Shown: positions 46,394 through 55,948 of the stretch, piece after piece
Layout: every line of letters starts with the position of its first letter
Numbering within the stretch: the stretch's first letter is position 1
DNA from: an uncultured Gemmatimonadales bacterium
GTDB taxonomy: Bacteria > Gemmatimonadota > Gemmatimonadetes > Gemmatimonadales > GWC2-71-9
Assembly: GCA_963828735.1 (NCBI GenBank)
Contig: CAWHFW010000005.1
Location: forward strand, 2,336,001-2,400,000
Length of the DNA stretch: 64,000 bases
Direction: 5' to 3'
Notes under the pieces: generated by a model
Told to the model about the DNA's origin: nothing
The model's database searches: none
The model's input: the letters and a program-made list of their open reading frames with translations, nothing else
Position numbers and translations under genes: made by a program

Positions 46394-47602
46394 ATGCAAT
46401 CGACAAGCCGCCCGCTCGCGCTCGCCTTCTCCGGCGGGCTCGACACGTCCTTCTGCGTTCCCCGCCTCGCCGACGACGGCTGGGCGGTTCACACCGTCTA
46501 CGTGGATACCGGCGGCTCCACTCCCGACGAGAGGGCAGCGATCCGTCGCCAGGCGGAGGCCGTGGGTGCCGTGGCGCACCACGAGGTGGACGCCCGCGAC
46601 CGGGTCTACGAGCGATTCGTCCGATTCCTCATCCAGGGCAACGTGCTCCGCGGCGAGGTCTACCCGCTGAGCGTGGCGGCCGAGCGGACGCAGCAGGCGC
46701 TCTCGGTCGTCGAGACGGCCCGCGCGATCGGCGCGGAGGCGGTCGCGCACGGCTCGACCGGCGCCGGCAACGACCAGATCCGGTTCGACGTCGCGCTCCG
46801 CGTCCTGGCGCCCGACCTCGAGATCGTCACCCCGATCCGCGATCTCGGCATCAAGCGAGAGCAGGCCATCGCCTACCTCGAGCAGCGCGGGCTGCCGGTG
46901 CCGGCCAAGGCCGGCGCCTACTCGATCAACCGCGGGCTCTGGGGCACGACGTGGGGAGGCGGGTGGACCCACGACACGTGGGCCGGGCCCCCGGCGGAGC
47001 TGGTCGATCCGCCGGCCAACGCCCCTGCGCCGGCCGAGATCGTACTCGCGTGGGAGCGGGGCGTGCCGGTCGCGCTCGACGGACACCCCCTCGCGGGGCC
47101 GGCGCTGGTCGCGCGGCTGGGCGAGCTGTGCGAGGCCTACGGGATCGGCCGCGGCATCCACGTCGGCGAGACCGCCCTCGGCATCAAGGGCCGGATCGGG
47201 TTCGAGGCCGGCGCCGCCCTGCTGCTGATCGGTGCCCACCGCGAGCTCGAGAAGCTGGTGCTCACCAAGTGGCAAACGTACTGGAAGGACCAGCTCGGCC
47301 GATTCTACGGCGACCGGCTGCACGAGGGCCAGTACTTCGACCCGTCGCTGCGCGACATCGAGGCGCTGATCACGAGCTCGCAGGCGCGGGTGACGGGCGA
47401 GACGCGCGTGCGCCTCGCCCCCGGACGCTTCCAGGTCGTGGGGACGCGGAGCCCGCACTCGATGATGGACACCTCGATCGCCACCTACGGGGAGGAGAAT
47501 CGCCTGTGGACGGGCGACGAGGCCCGCGCCTTCGCGCGGGTGGCGGCGGTGCCCTCGCTGCTCGCGGCGCGCGCGGCGGACGGGGTCCGCTCCGCCGAAT
47601 GA
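46394..47602 (+). CDS. argG: Argininosuccinate synthase
   Basis: LAFSGGLDTS, AHGSTGAGNDQIRF, GIKGR. Confidence 0.93.
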   Translation: MQSTSRPLALAFSGGLDTSFCVPRLADDGWAVHTVYVDTGGSTPDERAAIRRQAEAVGAVAHHEVDARDRVYERFVRFLIQGNVLRGEVYPLSVAAERTQQALSVVETARAIGAEAVAHGSTGAGNDQIRFDVALRVLAPDLEIVTPIRDLGIKREQAIAYLEQRGLPVPAKAGAYSINRGLWGTTWGGGWTHDTWAGPPAELVDPPANAPAPAEIVLAWERGVPVALDGHPLAGPALVARLGELCEAYGIGRGIHVGETALGIKGRIGFEAGAALLLIGAHRELEKLVLTKWQTYWKDQLGRFYGDRLHEGQYFDPSLRDIEALITSSQARVTGETRVRLAPGRFQVVGTRSPHSMMDTSIATYGEENRLWTGDEARAFARVAAVPSLLAARAADGVRSAE

Positions 47603-47688
47603 CCGGCCCGCTCACCCCGCACCCGGCGCGCACCATCGCCTGGCTCGTCGATTCCCTCACGCACCTGGAGCACCACCGATGGTCGTGA
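47599..47688 (+). CDS. 29-aa small ORF bridging argG and the next gene
   Basis: ATG overlaps argG TGA (ATGA); stop lies inside the start of the next gene. Confidence 0.3.
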   Translation: MTGPLTPHPARTIAWLVDSLTHLEHHRWS

Positions 47689-48824
47689 CCACCCGTGTCC
47701 GGCTCGACCGGATCAGCAGCTCGACCCGCAACGCGGCCTTGCCGGCCGAGGTCATCGTGGGCGACGAGATCGTCGCCGCAGAGGGCTACGTGCTCGCCGT
47801 GCGGATCCTCGAGGACAAGGCGACGTACAATACCATCGAGGACACGACCGGCCGCATGCTCTCGTTGCGTGGAGGCGACGTGCTCGCCGGCACGCTCGGC
47901 ACCCGCCGGGCGCTCCGGGGCTACGCGGGCGTGGTGCCGGCCCACATCGCCGTGGGCGACACGATCGAGGTGCTGAACCTGGGTGGCATCCTCGGGCGCT
48001 GCACCTCGGTCAATCCGGACATCGGACCGCCGTTCAAGGCGGAGGTGCTCGGCGCCGTGCTCGCGTTTCCCGAGCTCGGCGACCGGGTCGGCCGGCCCGC
48101 GCACATCCGTGACCGCGCCGTCCCTCCCGCCGACGTGCTCGAGAGCCGGATCCCGGTCGTCTACGTGGCCGGCACCTGCATGAACGCGGGGAAGACCGTC
48201 GCCGCGACGGAGCTGGTGCGTGGGCTCGCCCGGAGCGGGCTCCGGGTGGCGGCCGCCAAGCTCACCGGCGTCTCGCTCATGCGCGACGCGCTCTCCATGC
48301 TGGACGCCGGTGCCGTCGCGGCGCTCACCTTCAACGATGTGGGGATCGCGAGCACCCATGCGGGGATCACGGTCTCGACGGCGAAGGGCATCTTCAACCG
48401 GCTCGCGGCCGCCAAGCCGGACGTCGTCGTCGCCGAGCTGGGCGATGGCATCCTGGGAGAGTACGGGGTGCAGGACATTCTCCACGACGCGGACCTCATG
48501 GGCGTCGGCGCCGCGTACGTGATGGCGGCGCCCGATCCCGTGGCGTGCTGGGGAGCCGTCGAGCTGATGCGGCGGGAGTTCGCTCTGCCGATCACGGCGA
48601 TCACCGGACCCGCGACCGACAACGAGGTGGGGCTGGTATACATCACGACCGGCCTGGGCTTGCCGGCGCACAACGCGCGACGCGACGCGCCGGGTCTGTT
48701 GGCGGCGGTCCGGCAGGCGCTCGCGAGCTGGGCGGCGAGCACTGACGGGGCCGACGTGGCGAAGGCGACGCGCCCCGCGCCGCCCGAAGCCGTTCTCGCG
48801 CCCCCGGCGCTGCTGGCGCGGTGA
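47679..48824 (+). CDS. DUF1611-like P-loop protein inside the arg operon (candidate glutamate N-acylating enzyme)
   Basis: GTCMNAGKT Walker-A-like loop, KLTG, DAGA, VAELGDG; GGAG RBS; stop overlaps argC start. Confidence 0.75.
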   Translation: MVVTTRVRLDRISSSTRNAALPAEVIVGDEIVAAEGYVLAVRILEDKATYNTIEDTTGRMLSLRGGDVLAGTLGTRRALRGYAGVVPAHIAVGDTIEVLNLGGILGRCTSVNPDIGPPFKAEVLGAVLAFPELGDRVGRPAHIRDRAVPPADVLESRIPVVYVAGTCMNAGKTVAATELVRGLARSGLRVAAAKLTGVSLMRDALSMLDAGAVAALTFNDVGIASTHAGITVSTAKGIFNRLAAAKPDVVVAELGDGILGEYGVQDILHDADLMGVGAAYVMAAPDPVACWGAVELMRREFALPITAITGPATDNEVGLVYITTGLGLPAHNARRDAPGLLAAVRQALASWAASTDGADVAKATRPAPPEAVLAPPALLAR

Positions 48825-49870
48825 AGATCGCGGTCATCGGGTCCGCCGGATACGCCGGTGGCGAGCTCCTGCGGCTGTTGCTCCAGCATCCCGAGGTCAC
48901 GGAATGCGTGGCGACCAGCCGGAGCCAGGCGGGGAAGCCGATCGGGGAGGTGCATCCGGCGCTGGCGGCCGTCTCCGACGCCCGCCTCTCGGGCGCGGCA
49001 CCCGGCGACGCCGCGCGCGGGCGCGACGTGGTCTTCCTCTGCCTCGAGCACGGCGAGTCGTCGCGCGTGGCCGGAGAAGTGTTCGATGCCGGCCCCGGCC
49101 TCGTCGTGGACCTCGCGGCCGACTTCCGAGTGCGAGATGCCGGCCTCTACGAGCGCTATTACGGCACCCACACTGCGCCCGACCTGCTCCCGCGCTTCAC
49201 CTACGGCCTGGCCGACGTGCTGGGCTCCCGGCTGCGCGGCGCTACGGCGATCGCCGCGCCGGGCTGTTTCGCCACGGCGGCGCAGCTCGCCCTGTACCCG
49301 CTCGCCTCGGCAGGGCTCGACGTGACGCCGTCCCTCTTCGCCGTCACGGGGTCGAGCGGCGCCGGCGTGCAGCCTCGTCCGACCACGCATCATCCCATGC
49401 GAGCCCACAACCTCTTCGCCTATTCGGTGCTGTCGCACCGCCACGAGGCGGAGATCCTCGCGTCATGGCGGGAATGGGTGGGACGGCCGGACGCGACGGC
49501 CCGGCTCATGGCACACTCGGGCCCGTTCGTGCGCGGCATCTATCTCACCCTGCACGCGTATCTTCCCAAGGACGCGCGCGTCACTGGCCAGGAGCCGGGA
49601 ACCCGAGCGGCGCGCTGGTTTCGCGAAGCCTTCGCCGGCCGGCCGTTCGTCCGCGTGCTCGACGCGCCGCCCGAGCTGACCCACGCTGTCGGAACCAACT
49701 ACGCGCTGATCCACGCCGCCGAAAGCAGGAACGGCGAGGAGGTCCAGGTGACCGTGGCGATCGACAACCTCGTGAAGGGCGCGGGCGGTCAGGCCATCCA
49801 GGCAATGAACCTCGCGCTCGGCATCGACGAGCGCGCCGGCCTCACTGCCGCGGCGATCTATCCATGCTGA
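48821..49870 (+). CDS. argC: N-acyl-gamma-glutamyl-phosphate reductase
   Basis: GSAGYAG, DLAADFR, PGCFAT, DNLVKGAGGQA. Confidence 0.93.
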   Translation: MKIAVIGSAGYAGGELLRLLLQHPEVTECVATSRSQAGKPIGEVHPALAAVSDARLSGAAPGDAARGRDVVFLCLEHGESSRVAGEVFDAGPGLVVDLAADFRVRDAGLYERYYGTHTAPDLLPRFTYGLADVLGSRLRGATAIAAPGCFATAAQLALYPLASAGLDVTPSLFAVTGSSGAGVQPRPTTHHPMRAHNLFAYSVLSHRHEAEILASWREWVGRPDATARLMAHSGPFVRGIYLTLHAYLPKDARVTGQEPGTRAARWFREAFAGRPFVRVLDAPPELTHAVGTNYALIHAAESRNGEEVQVTVAIDNLVKGAGGQAIQAMNLALGIDERAGLTAAAIYPC

Positions 49871-51012
49871 AGACCGACGCTCCCGCGCTCCTTCCGGTGT
49901 ACCCGCCGATGCCGGTCCGACCAGTGCGTGGGCACGGATCCTGGCTGGTGGACGAGGATGGGAGCGAGTGGCTGGATGCCTACGGCGGCCACGCGGTCGC
50001 CTCGACCGGACACAGCCACCCGGACGTCGTGCGAGCCATCGCCGACCAGGCCGCGCAGCTCCTCTTCTACTCGACCGCCGTGCCGTTGCCGCAACGCGAG
50101 GCGCTGGCCGAGAAGCTCGCCGAGTGCTGCCCGGAGCCCCTCGGGCGCGTGTTCCTCTGCAACTCGGGCGCCGAAGCCAACGAGAATGCCCTCCACCTCG
50201 CTCGCCGATCCACGGGGCGGCAGACGATCGTCTCGGTGCGCGGCGGCTGGCACGGGCGTACGGCCGCGACCCTCGCGTGCACCGACGGGGCGCGCTACGA
50301 GGAGGCGGCGCGCCGCGCGGGCATGCCCCTGAGCCGGAAGGTGCCCTTCGACGACGTGGCCGCGCTCGACGAGGCCGTGGACGACAGCGTCGCGGCGGTG
50401 CTGGTCGAGCCCATCCAGGGCTTTGCCGGCGCGCGCGACTGTTCGCCCGAGTTCCTCGCGGCCGCGCGGCGGGTGTGCGACGATCGCGGTGCCGTGCTCC
50501 TCTTCGACGAGGTGCAGTGCGGCGTCGGACGGTGTGGCGCCTTCGCGGCCGCCGAGGCGGTCGGTGTCACGCCGGACGCGCTCACGTTCGCCAAGGGACT
50601 GGCGGGCGGCCTCCCGATCGGCGCCGTAGTCGCGAGTTCCGCGCTGACCGAGTCGCTCACCGTCGGCGATCTGGGCAGCACGTTCGGCGGGGGCCCGGTG
50701 CCTTGCGCCGCGGCCCTCGCCAACATCGCCGTGATCGAGCGGGACGGTCTGATCGCCAACGCCATCTCGGTTGGCGAGCACCTCGCCCGCGGCGCCCGGG
50801 CGCTCGGCGTCCGGAAGGTGTCGGGACGCGGACTGCTGTTGGGCCTCCACCTCGAGCGCCCCGCGGTCGAGGTACAGAAGGCGCTGTTCGGTCGGCGCAT
50901 CCTCACCGGCACGGCGACCGATCCGCACGTGCTCCGGCTCCTGCCGCCCCTGTCTTTCTCGACGCGTGAAGCCGAGCTGCTCCTGGCCGGCCTCCGGGAG
51001 GTGCTGGCGTGA
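49864..51012 (+). CDS. argD: N-acyl-ornithine aminotransferase
   Basis: NSGAEANE, HGRT, EPIQG, FDEVQ, AKGL, GSTFGG. Confidence 0.9.
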   Translation: MLKTDAPALLPVYPPMPVRPVRGHGSWLVDEDGSEWLDAYGGHAVASTGHSHPDVVRAIADQAAQLLFYSTAVPLPQREALAEKLAECCPEPLGRVFLCNSGAEANENALHLARRSTGRQTIVSVRGGWHGRTAATLACTDGARYEEAARRAGMPLSRKVPFDDVAALDEAVDDSVAAVLVEPIQGFAGARDCSPEFLAAARRVCDDRGAVLLFDEVQCGVGRCGAFAAAEAVGVTPDALTFAKGLAGGLPIGAVVASSALTESLTVGDLGSTFGGGPVPCAAALANIAVIERDGLIANAISVGEHLARGARALGVRKVSGRGLLLGLHLERPAVEVQKALFGRRILTGTATDPHVLRLLPPLSFSTREAELLLAGLREVLA

Positions 51013-52031
51013 CCAAGCGCGATTTCCTGGCTCTCGAGGACTGGAGCCCGGCCCAGGTCGATGCGCTGCTCCAGCTGGCGAGACGGGTCAAACGGGGCGA
51101 GGTCACCGGCGGTCTCGAGAAGAAGGTGCTCGCCATGGTCTTCATGGACCCGAGCCTTCGCACCCGCACGAGCTTCGAGACCGCGATGTTCCTGCACGGC
51201 GGACACGGGGTCGTGCTCGAGCCGGGCAAGGGGAGCTGGTCGCTGGAGACGGAGCCCGGTGCGGTGATGGATGGCGACACGGTCGAGCACCTCGTGGACG
51301 CCGCCCGGGTGCTCGGACGATATGCCGACGCGGTTGGTGTGCGCAGTTTTCCTCGCGGGAGCGACTGGTCCGTGGCCCGCCAGGACGGCATCGTCCGCGA
51401 CTTCGCCAAGTACTGCGAGAAGCCGGTCATCAACCTGGAGAGCGCTCGGCGGCATCCCTGCCAGGCGCTGGCAGACGCGATGACGCTGCGCGAGAAGCTC
51501 GGCGACACGGCCGGAAAGCGGTTCGTGCTCACCTGGGCCTGGCACCCGAAGGCGCTTCCCACCGCCGTGCCCGCCAGCGCGGCGCTCGCCGCCGCGGCCC
51601 TGGGCATGGAGATCGTGATCGCCCGGCCGCCCGGCTACGAGCTGGATCCGGAGGATACGGCGCTCATCCGGCGCCTCGCCCAGCAGCATGGCGGCGAGTT
51701 CGTGCACATCATCGACGATCCTGACGAGGCCACCGTCGGCGCCGACGCTGTGTACGTGAAGTCGTGGGGATCGGTCAAGCTGTTCGGCCAGCCACAGGAG
51801 GAGAAGGCGTTCCGCGCGGGGCTTCGCGACTGGCGCCTCACGCCCGGACGGGTGAAGTCCACCCGGGGCGGCAAGGGCATCGTCATGCATTGCCTGCCGG
51901 TCCGGCGCAACGTCGAGATCGACGACGCCGTGCTCGACGGACCGAACGCCGTCGTGGTGGACCAGGCCGAGAACCGCCTGCACGCGCAGCGGGCGCTGCT
52001 GCTGGAGCTGATCGGAAGCCACCCGTCCTGA
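51009..52031 (+). CDS. argF: N-acylornithine carbamoyltransferase (ArgF'; succinyl-type signature)
   Basis: PSLRT, W77, MDGDTVEH, HPCQ, TWAWHPK, KSWG, HCLPVRRN. Confidence 0.9.
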   Translation: MTKRDFLALEDWSPAQVDALLQLARRVKRGEVTGGLEKKVLAMVFMDPSLRTRTSFETAMFLHGGHGVVLEPGKGSWSLETEPGAVMDGDTVEHLVDAARVLGRYADAVGVRSFPRGSDWSVARQDGIVRDFAKYCEKPVINLESARRHPCQALADAMTLREKLGDTAGKRFVLTWAWHPKALPTAVPASAALAAAALGMEIVIARPPGYELDPEDTALIRRLAQQHGGEFVHIIDDPDEATVGADAVYVKSWGSVKLFGQPQEEKAFRAGLRDWRLTPGRVKSTRGGKGIVMHCLPVRRNVEIDDAVLDGPNAVVVDQAENRLHAQRALLLELIGSHPS

Positions 52032-52062
52032 CCGACGACTCACGACGTCCGAGGATCTCACC

Positions 52063-52998
52063 TTGAGCATCGACACCACCAAGGGCATCGCCGGCCTCAA
52101 GGGCGCCCTGCGTTACGTCCGCGCCTACCGCGACCACGTCTTCGTCGTCAAGCTCGGCGGCGACGTCGTAGGCGAGCCGGAGGTGTTGGACCAGGTGGCG
52201 GCGCAGCTCGCGCTCCTCTCCTCCCTCAGCATTCGCCTCGTCGTGGTGCACGGCGGCGGCCCGCAGGCGTCGGCGCTGAGCCGCCGCCTGGGAATGGAGC
52301 CGAGGATGGTGGCCGGCCGGCGCGTGACCGATGACGGCGCGCTCGAAGTGGCGAAGATGGTCTACGCCGGCCAGCTCAACGTGGACCTGCTGGCGGCACT
52401 GCGAGAGCATCGCGTGCAGGCGGTGGGGCTGAGCGGGGTCGACGCCGACCTCATCACCGCGCATCGGCGAGCGCCGGTCCAGGTGGTGGACGACGCGGGC
52501 GCGACCGTCAAGGTGGACTACGGGCACGTGGGTGATATCGACCGCGTGGACCCGCGCGTGCTGGTGACGCTCATGGAGGCGAGGTTCATGCCGGTCGTCG
52601 CCAGCCTGGCCGGCGGCGACGACGGCGAGGTCTTCAACGTCAACGCCGACACCGTCGCAGAGTCGCTCGCGGTCGCGCTCCGGGCGCAGAAGCTGATCTT
52701 CCTGACCGGAGCGCCGGGCGTGCTGCGGGACCGCACCGACCCGTCCACCCTCGTCACCTTCGCGGATCCGGACGACCTCGCGGGGCTCATGGCGAGCGGC
52801 TCGCTCGCCGGCGGCATGCGTCCCAAGGTGGAGGCCTGCATCCGCGCGGCGACTGGCGGCGTCGAGCGCACCCACATCATCGACGGCCGCGCGCCGGACG
52901 CGCTGCTGCTCGAGGTGTTCACCGGCGCCGGATGCGGCACCATGATCGTCGGCCGGAAGGAGAAGGCGACGTATCTGGGGGTGGATCTTGCCGGATGA
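52063..52998 (+). CDS. argB: N-acylglutamate kinase
   Basis: VKLGG, VHGGGP, GRRVTD, NVNAD, GGMRPK. Confidence 0.93.
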   Translation: MSIDTTKGIAGLKGALRYVRAYRDHVFVVKLGGDVVGEPEVLDQVAAQLALLSSLSIRLVVVHGGGPQASALSRRLGMEPRMVAGRRVTDDGALEVAKMVYAGQLNVDLLAALREHRVQAVGLSGVDADLITAHRRAPVQVVDDAGATVKVDYGHVGDIDRVDPRVLVTLMEARFMPVVASLAGGDDGEVFNVNADTVAESLAVALRAQKLIFLTGAPGVLRDRTDPSTLVTFADPDDLAGLMASGSLAGGMRPKVEACIRAATGGVERTHIIDGRAPDALLLEVFTGAGCGTMIVGRKEKATYLGVDLAG

Positions 52999-54064
52999 GA
53001 TCGACCTGCTGCGGGCGATGGTGGCCATTCCCTCGGTGAGTGGCGAGGAGGAGGCCCTCGCCCGCTATCTGGAGGAAACGGCCGGCGGGTGGGGGCTCGA
53101 TGTCACGCGCGACGAGCTGGCGGTTCGGGTCGAAGTGCGCGGTGGCCGCGAGGGGCGAACCTTGGCCCTAATCTCCCACCTCGACGTCGTGCCTCCCGGG
53201 ACGGGTTGGACCCGCGAGCCCTTTGACGCGACCGTCGAGGGCACGCGGCTGTACGGCCGCGGCTCGGGTGACGCGAAGGCCTCGGTCGCCGCGATGCTCT
53301 CGGCGGCCAAGGACCTCGCGGACGCCGGTGGGCCCGCCACGGGTCGTGTCCTCTTGCTCCTGGGCTACAGCGAGGAAACCAAGCATACGACCATGGAGCG
53401 CGCGGTGCAGGCCGTCGGCGAGATCGACGCCGCGGTCGTCGGCGAACCGACGAATCTCGACGTCGCCGTCGCGCAGCGCGGGCTCATGATGGTGGACCTC
53501 GTGGCCCAGGGCGACCAGCGGCACGCCGGCTACGCGGCGGCCGACGGCGAGTTCCGGAACGCGGTGCTGGTGCTCGCCCGCGACCTGCTCAAGCTCGACG
53601 GCCTCTTCTCGGAGCGCTCGCATCCGGTGCTGGGCCGCACGACCGCAACCCCGACGATGCTCGACGCCGGCGTGAGCCGGAACGTCACGCCGCCGGTCGC
53701 GAGGGCGATCCTCGACATCCGCAGCACGCCCGACTGGACCCACGACGAGGTGGCCGACGTGCTCCGACAGGCGCTCGCGTCCAACGTGGTGGTGACCTCG
53801 CAGCGGCTGGTGCCGTGCGAGACGCCGGCCGGATCCCGGCTGCTCGAGGTCGCCCGGCGTGTGCGGCCCGAGGCGAGAACGTTCGGAAGCCCTACCTGCT
53901 CGGATTGGGTCTTCCTGCGCCACGCGGATGCCATCAAGTGCGGGCCGGGAACGAGCCGGCGGTCGCACACGCCGGACGAGTATGTGGACCTGCCGGAGGT
54001 GACGGCCGCACGAGGGTTCTACGCTGGACTGGCGCGGGCCTATCTGGCGAAGGAGGACGCGTGA
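52988..54064 (+). CDS. argE: M20 deacylase (N-acylcitrulline/ornithine deacylase)
   Basis: SHLDVV, GRGSGDAK, EE, GEPT, SHTPDE. Confidence 0.85.
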   Translation: MPDEIDLLRAMVAIPSVSGEEEALARYLEETAGGWGLDVTRDELAVRVEVRGGREGRTLALISHLDVVPPGTGWTREPFDATVEGTRLYGRGSGDAKASVAAMLSAAKDLADAGGPATGRVLLLLGYSEETKHTTMERAVQAVGEIDAAVVGEPTNLDVAVAQRGLMMVDLVAQGDQRHAGYAAADGEFRNAVLVLARDLLKLDGLFSERSHPVLGRTTATPTMLDAGVSRNVTPPVARAILDIRSTPDWTHDEVADVLRQALASNVVVTSQRLVPCETPAGSRLLEVARRVRPEARTFGSPTCSDWVFLRHADAIKCGPGTSRRSHTPDEYVDLPEVTAARGFYAGLARAYLAKEDA

Positions 54065-55446
54065 GAAGGCCGAGCACCCTCTGGTCCCCCGCCGGCACGC
54101 CCGACAGGGTGATGTTCGACTATACCGCGGGGGACGATCGGGCGTGGGATGCCCGACTCCTGCGCTGGGACGTGCTCGGCAGCCTGGGGCATGTCGAGGG
54201 ACTTCGCGCCTCACGTCTGCTCACGGCCACCGAGCACGCTCGGCTGCGCGCCGGGCTGCGCGCGGCGTTGGTCGAGGTGGAGGCAGGCCGGCTGCGCGTG
54301 TCTCCCCGGCAGGAGGACGTGCATACAGCGATCGAGGCGTGGCTCACGCGCCGGCTGCCGGGGGTCGGCGAGCGGCTGCACACCGGACGCTCACGCAATG
54401 ATCAGGTCGCGACGGATCTCCGGTTGTTTCTCAAGGACAGGCTGCTCGCGCTGCACGCGGGCGCGCTCGAGCTGGCGGAGGCACTGCTCGCGTTCGCCGC
54501 GCGCCATCGCACCGTGCTCTGGCCGGGGTACACGCACCAGCGCCGCGCGATGCCCTCCTCAGTCGGCCTCTGGGCGGGGGCGTACGCCGAAGGCGTGCTC
54601 GACACCGCCGAGGCGCTCGTCGGACTCTGGGGAGCGGTGGACCGTTCACCGCTGGGCAGCGCCGCGGGGTATGGTGTCCCGCTTCCCCTCAAGCGTGAGG
54701 CCGCCGCCCGCGCGCTCGGCTTCGGCGGCCTCGACCGCAACGTCGCCACGGTACAAGGAGGGCGGGGGAAGCTCGAGGCCGCCGCGCTCTTCTGGTGTAC
54801 TCAGCTCGGCCACGAGCTCGGACGCCTGGCGCAGGACGTCATCCTGTTCAGCGCCGAGGAGTATGGGTACCTGATGCTGCCCGCCGAGCTGGCGACCGGC
54901 TCCAGCATCATGCCGCACAAACGCAACCCCGACCTGTTCGAGCTGACCCGGGCCCGGGCCGCGGCGCTCGAGGGCGACCTCGTCACGCTGCTCCAGATCA
55001 AGGGGAAGCTGGCCGGGGGCTATCAGCGCGACTTTCAGCTCCTCAAGGAGCCCCTGATGCGCGGCCTGGACCGAGCCGCCGCGATGCTCTCGGTGATGGC
55101 GCATGCCATCCCACGCCTCGGCGTGGATCGCATCCGGTGCGCGGCCGCGCTCGACGGCGGCGCCCTCGCGACCGACGAGGTCATGCGGCGGGTCGAAGGT
55201 GGACGTGCGTTTCGTACGGCCTACCGTGAGGTCGCCGCGGCGCTCGAGGCTGGGGAGCGATTTGCCGCCCCACCGGCCAAGTCGATCGTCGGCCGACGTG
55301 CGTCGACCGGCGGGGTGGGCAACCTCGGCCTCGATTCCGCTCGCGCCCGTGTCCGCCATGCCCGTTCATGGGAAGCCCGCCAACGGCGCCGGTTCCATCG
55401 GGCCATGACGAAGCTCGCCGGCCGCGCCTTCCGACCGCGCGTATGA
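54061..55446 (+). CDS. argH: Argininosuccinate lyase
   Basis: EDVH, HTGRSRNDQ, PGYTH, GSSIMPHKRNPD. Confidence 0.93.
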   Translation: MRRPSTLWSPAGTPDRVMFDYTAGDDRAWDARLLRWDVLGSLGHVEGLRASRLLTATEHARLRAGLRAALVEVEAGRLRVSPRQEDVHTAIEAWLTRRLPGVGERLHTGRSRNDQVATDLRLFLKDRLLALHAGALELAEALLAFAARHRTVLWPGYTHQRRAMPSSVGLWAGAYAEGVLDTAEALVGLWGAVDRSPLGSAAGYGVPLPLKREAAARALGFGGLDRNVATVQGGRGKLEAAALFWCTQLGHELGRLAQDVILFSAEEYGYLMLPAELATGSSIMPHKRNPDLFELTRARAAALEGDLVTLLQIKGKLAGGYQRDFQLLKEPLMRGLDRAAAMLSVMAHAIPRLGVDRIRCAAALDGGALATDEVMRRVEGGRAFRTAYREVAAALEAGERFAAPPAKSIVGRRASTGGVGNLGLDSARARVRHARSWEARQRRRFHRAMTKLAGRAFRPRV

Positions 55447-55889
55447 CCGCCGACCGTCGCAAGCGCCACCTCAAGATCCTCGAGCTCATCAGCACCCGCG
55501 CCATTCGGACTCAGGAGGAGCTGGCCGAGGCGCTTGCCGCGGAAGGGTGGGACGTGACGCAATCGTCGGTCAGCCGGGACATCACCGCCCTTCACCTGAT
55601 CAAGATGAACGGCGTCTATCGCCGACCGACCCGGATCGCGACGCCGGTCGATCCGGACGAGCGACGGATCGCGGACGGCGTGCTGACCGTGGAGCCCGCC
55701 GGCGAGGCGCTCGTCGTGCTCCATACGCCGCCGGGGGAAGCGAATCGCGTGGCGGTGGCGCTCGACCGGCTCGCCTGGCCGGACGTGGTGGGCACCATCG
55801 CGGGGGACGATACGATCTTCCTGGCGGTGAAGAACGGCCCCGCCCAGCGGCGGGTGATGGGCGAGGTGCGGAAGCTGAGCGGGGGATGA
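55443..55889 (+). CDS. argR: Arginine repressor
   Basis: TQEEL, TQSSVSRD, GTIAGDDT. Confidence 0.95.
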   Translation: MTADRRKRHLKILELISTRAIRTQEELAEALAAEGWDVTQSSVSRDITALHLIKMNGVYRRPTRIATPVDPDERRIADGVLTVEPAGEALVVLHTPPGEANRVAVALDRLAWPDVVGTIAGDDTIFLAVKNGPAQRRVMGEVRKLSGG

Positions 55890-55948
55890 TCGACGCCGCC
55901 TCGGTGGTGGCGGGTGGCGCGTCGGGTCACGATGCCGGAGAACGCCGC

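Noticed and set aside
46394..55889. LysW/ArgX carrier-protein pathway as the explanation for missing argA
   Set aside because: No RimK-type ATP-grasp gene and no LysW (EDWGE) peptide; ArgF' implies small acyl protection
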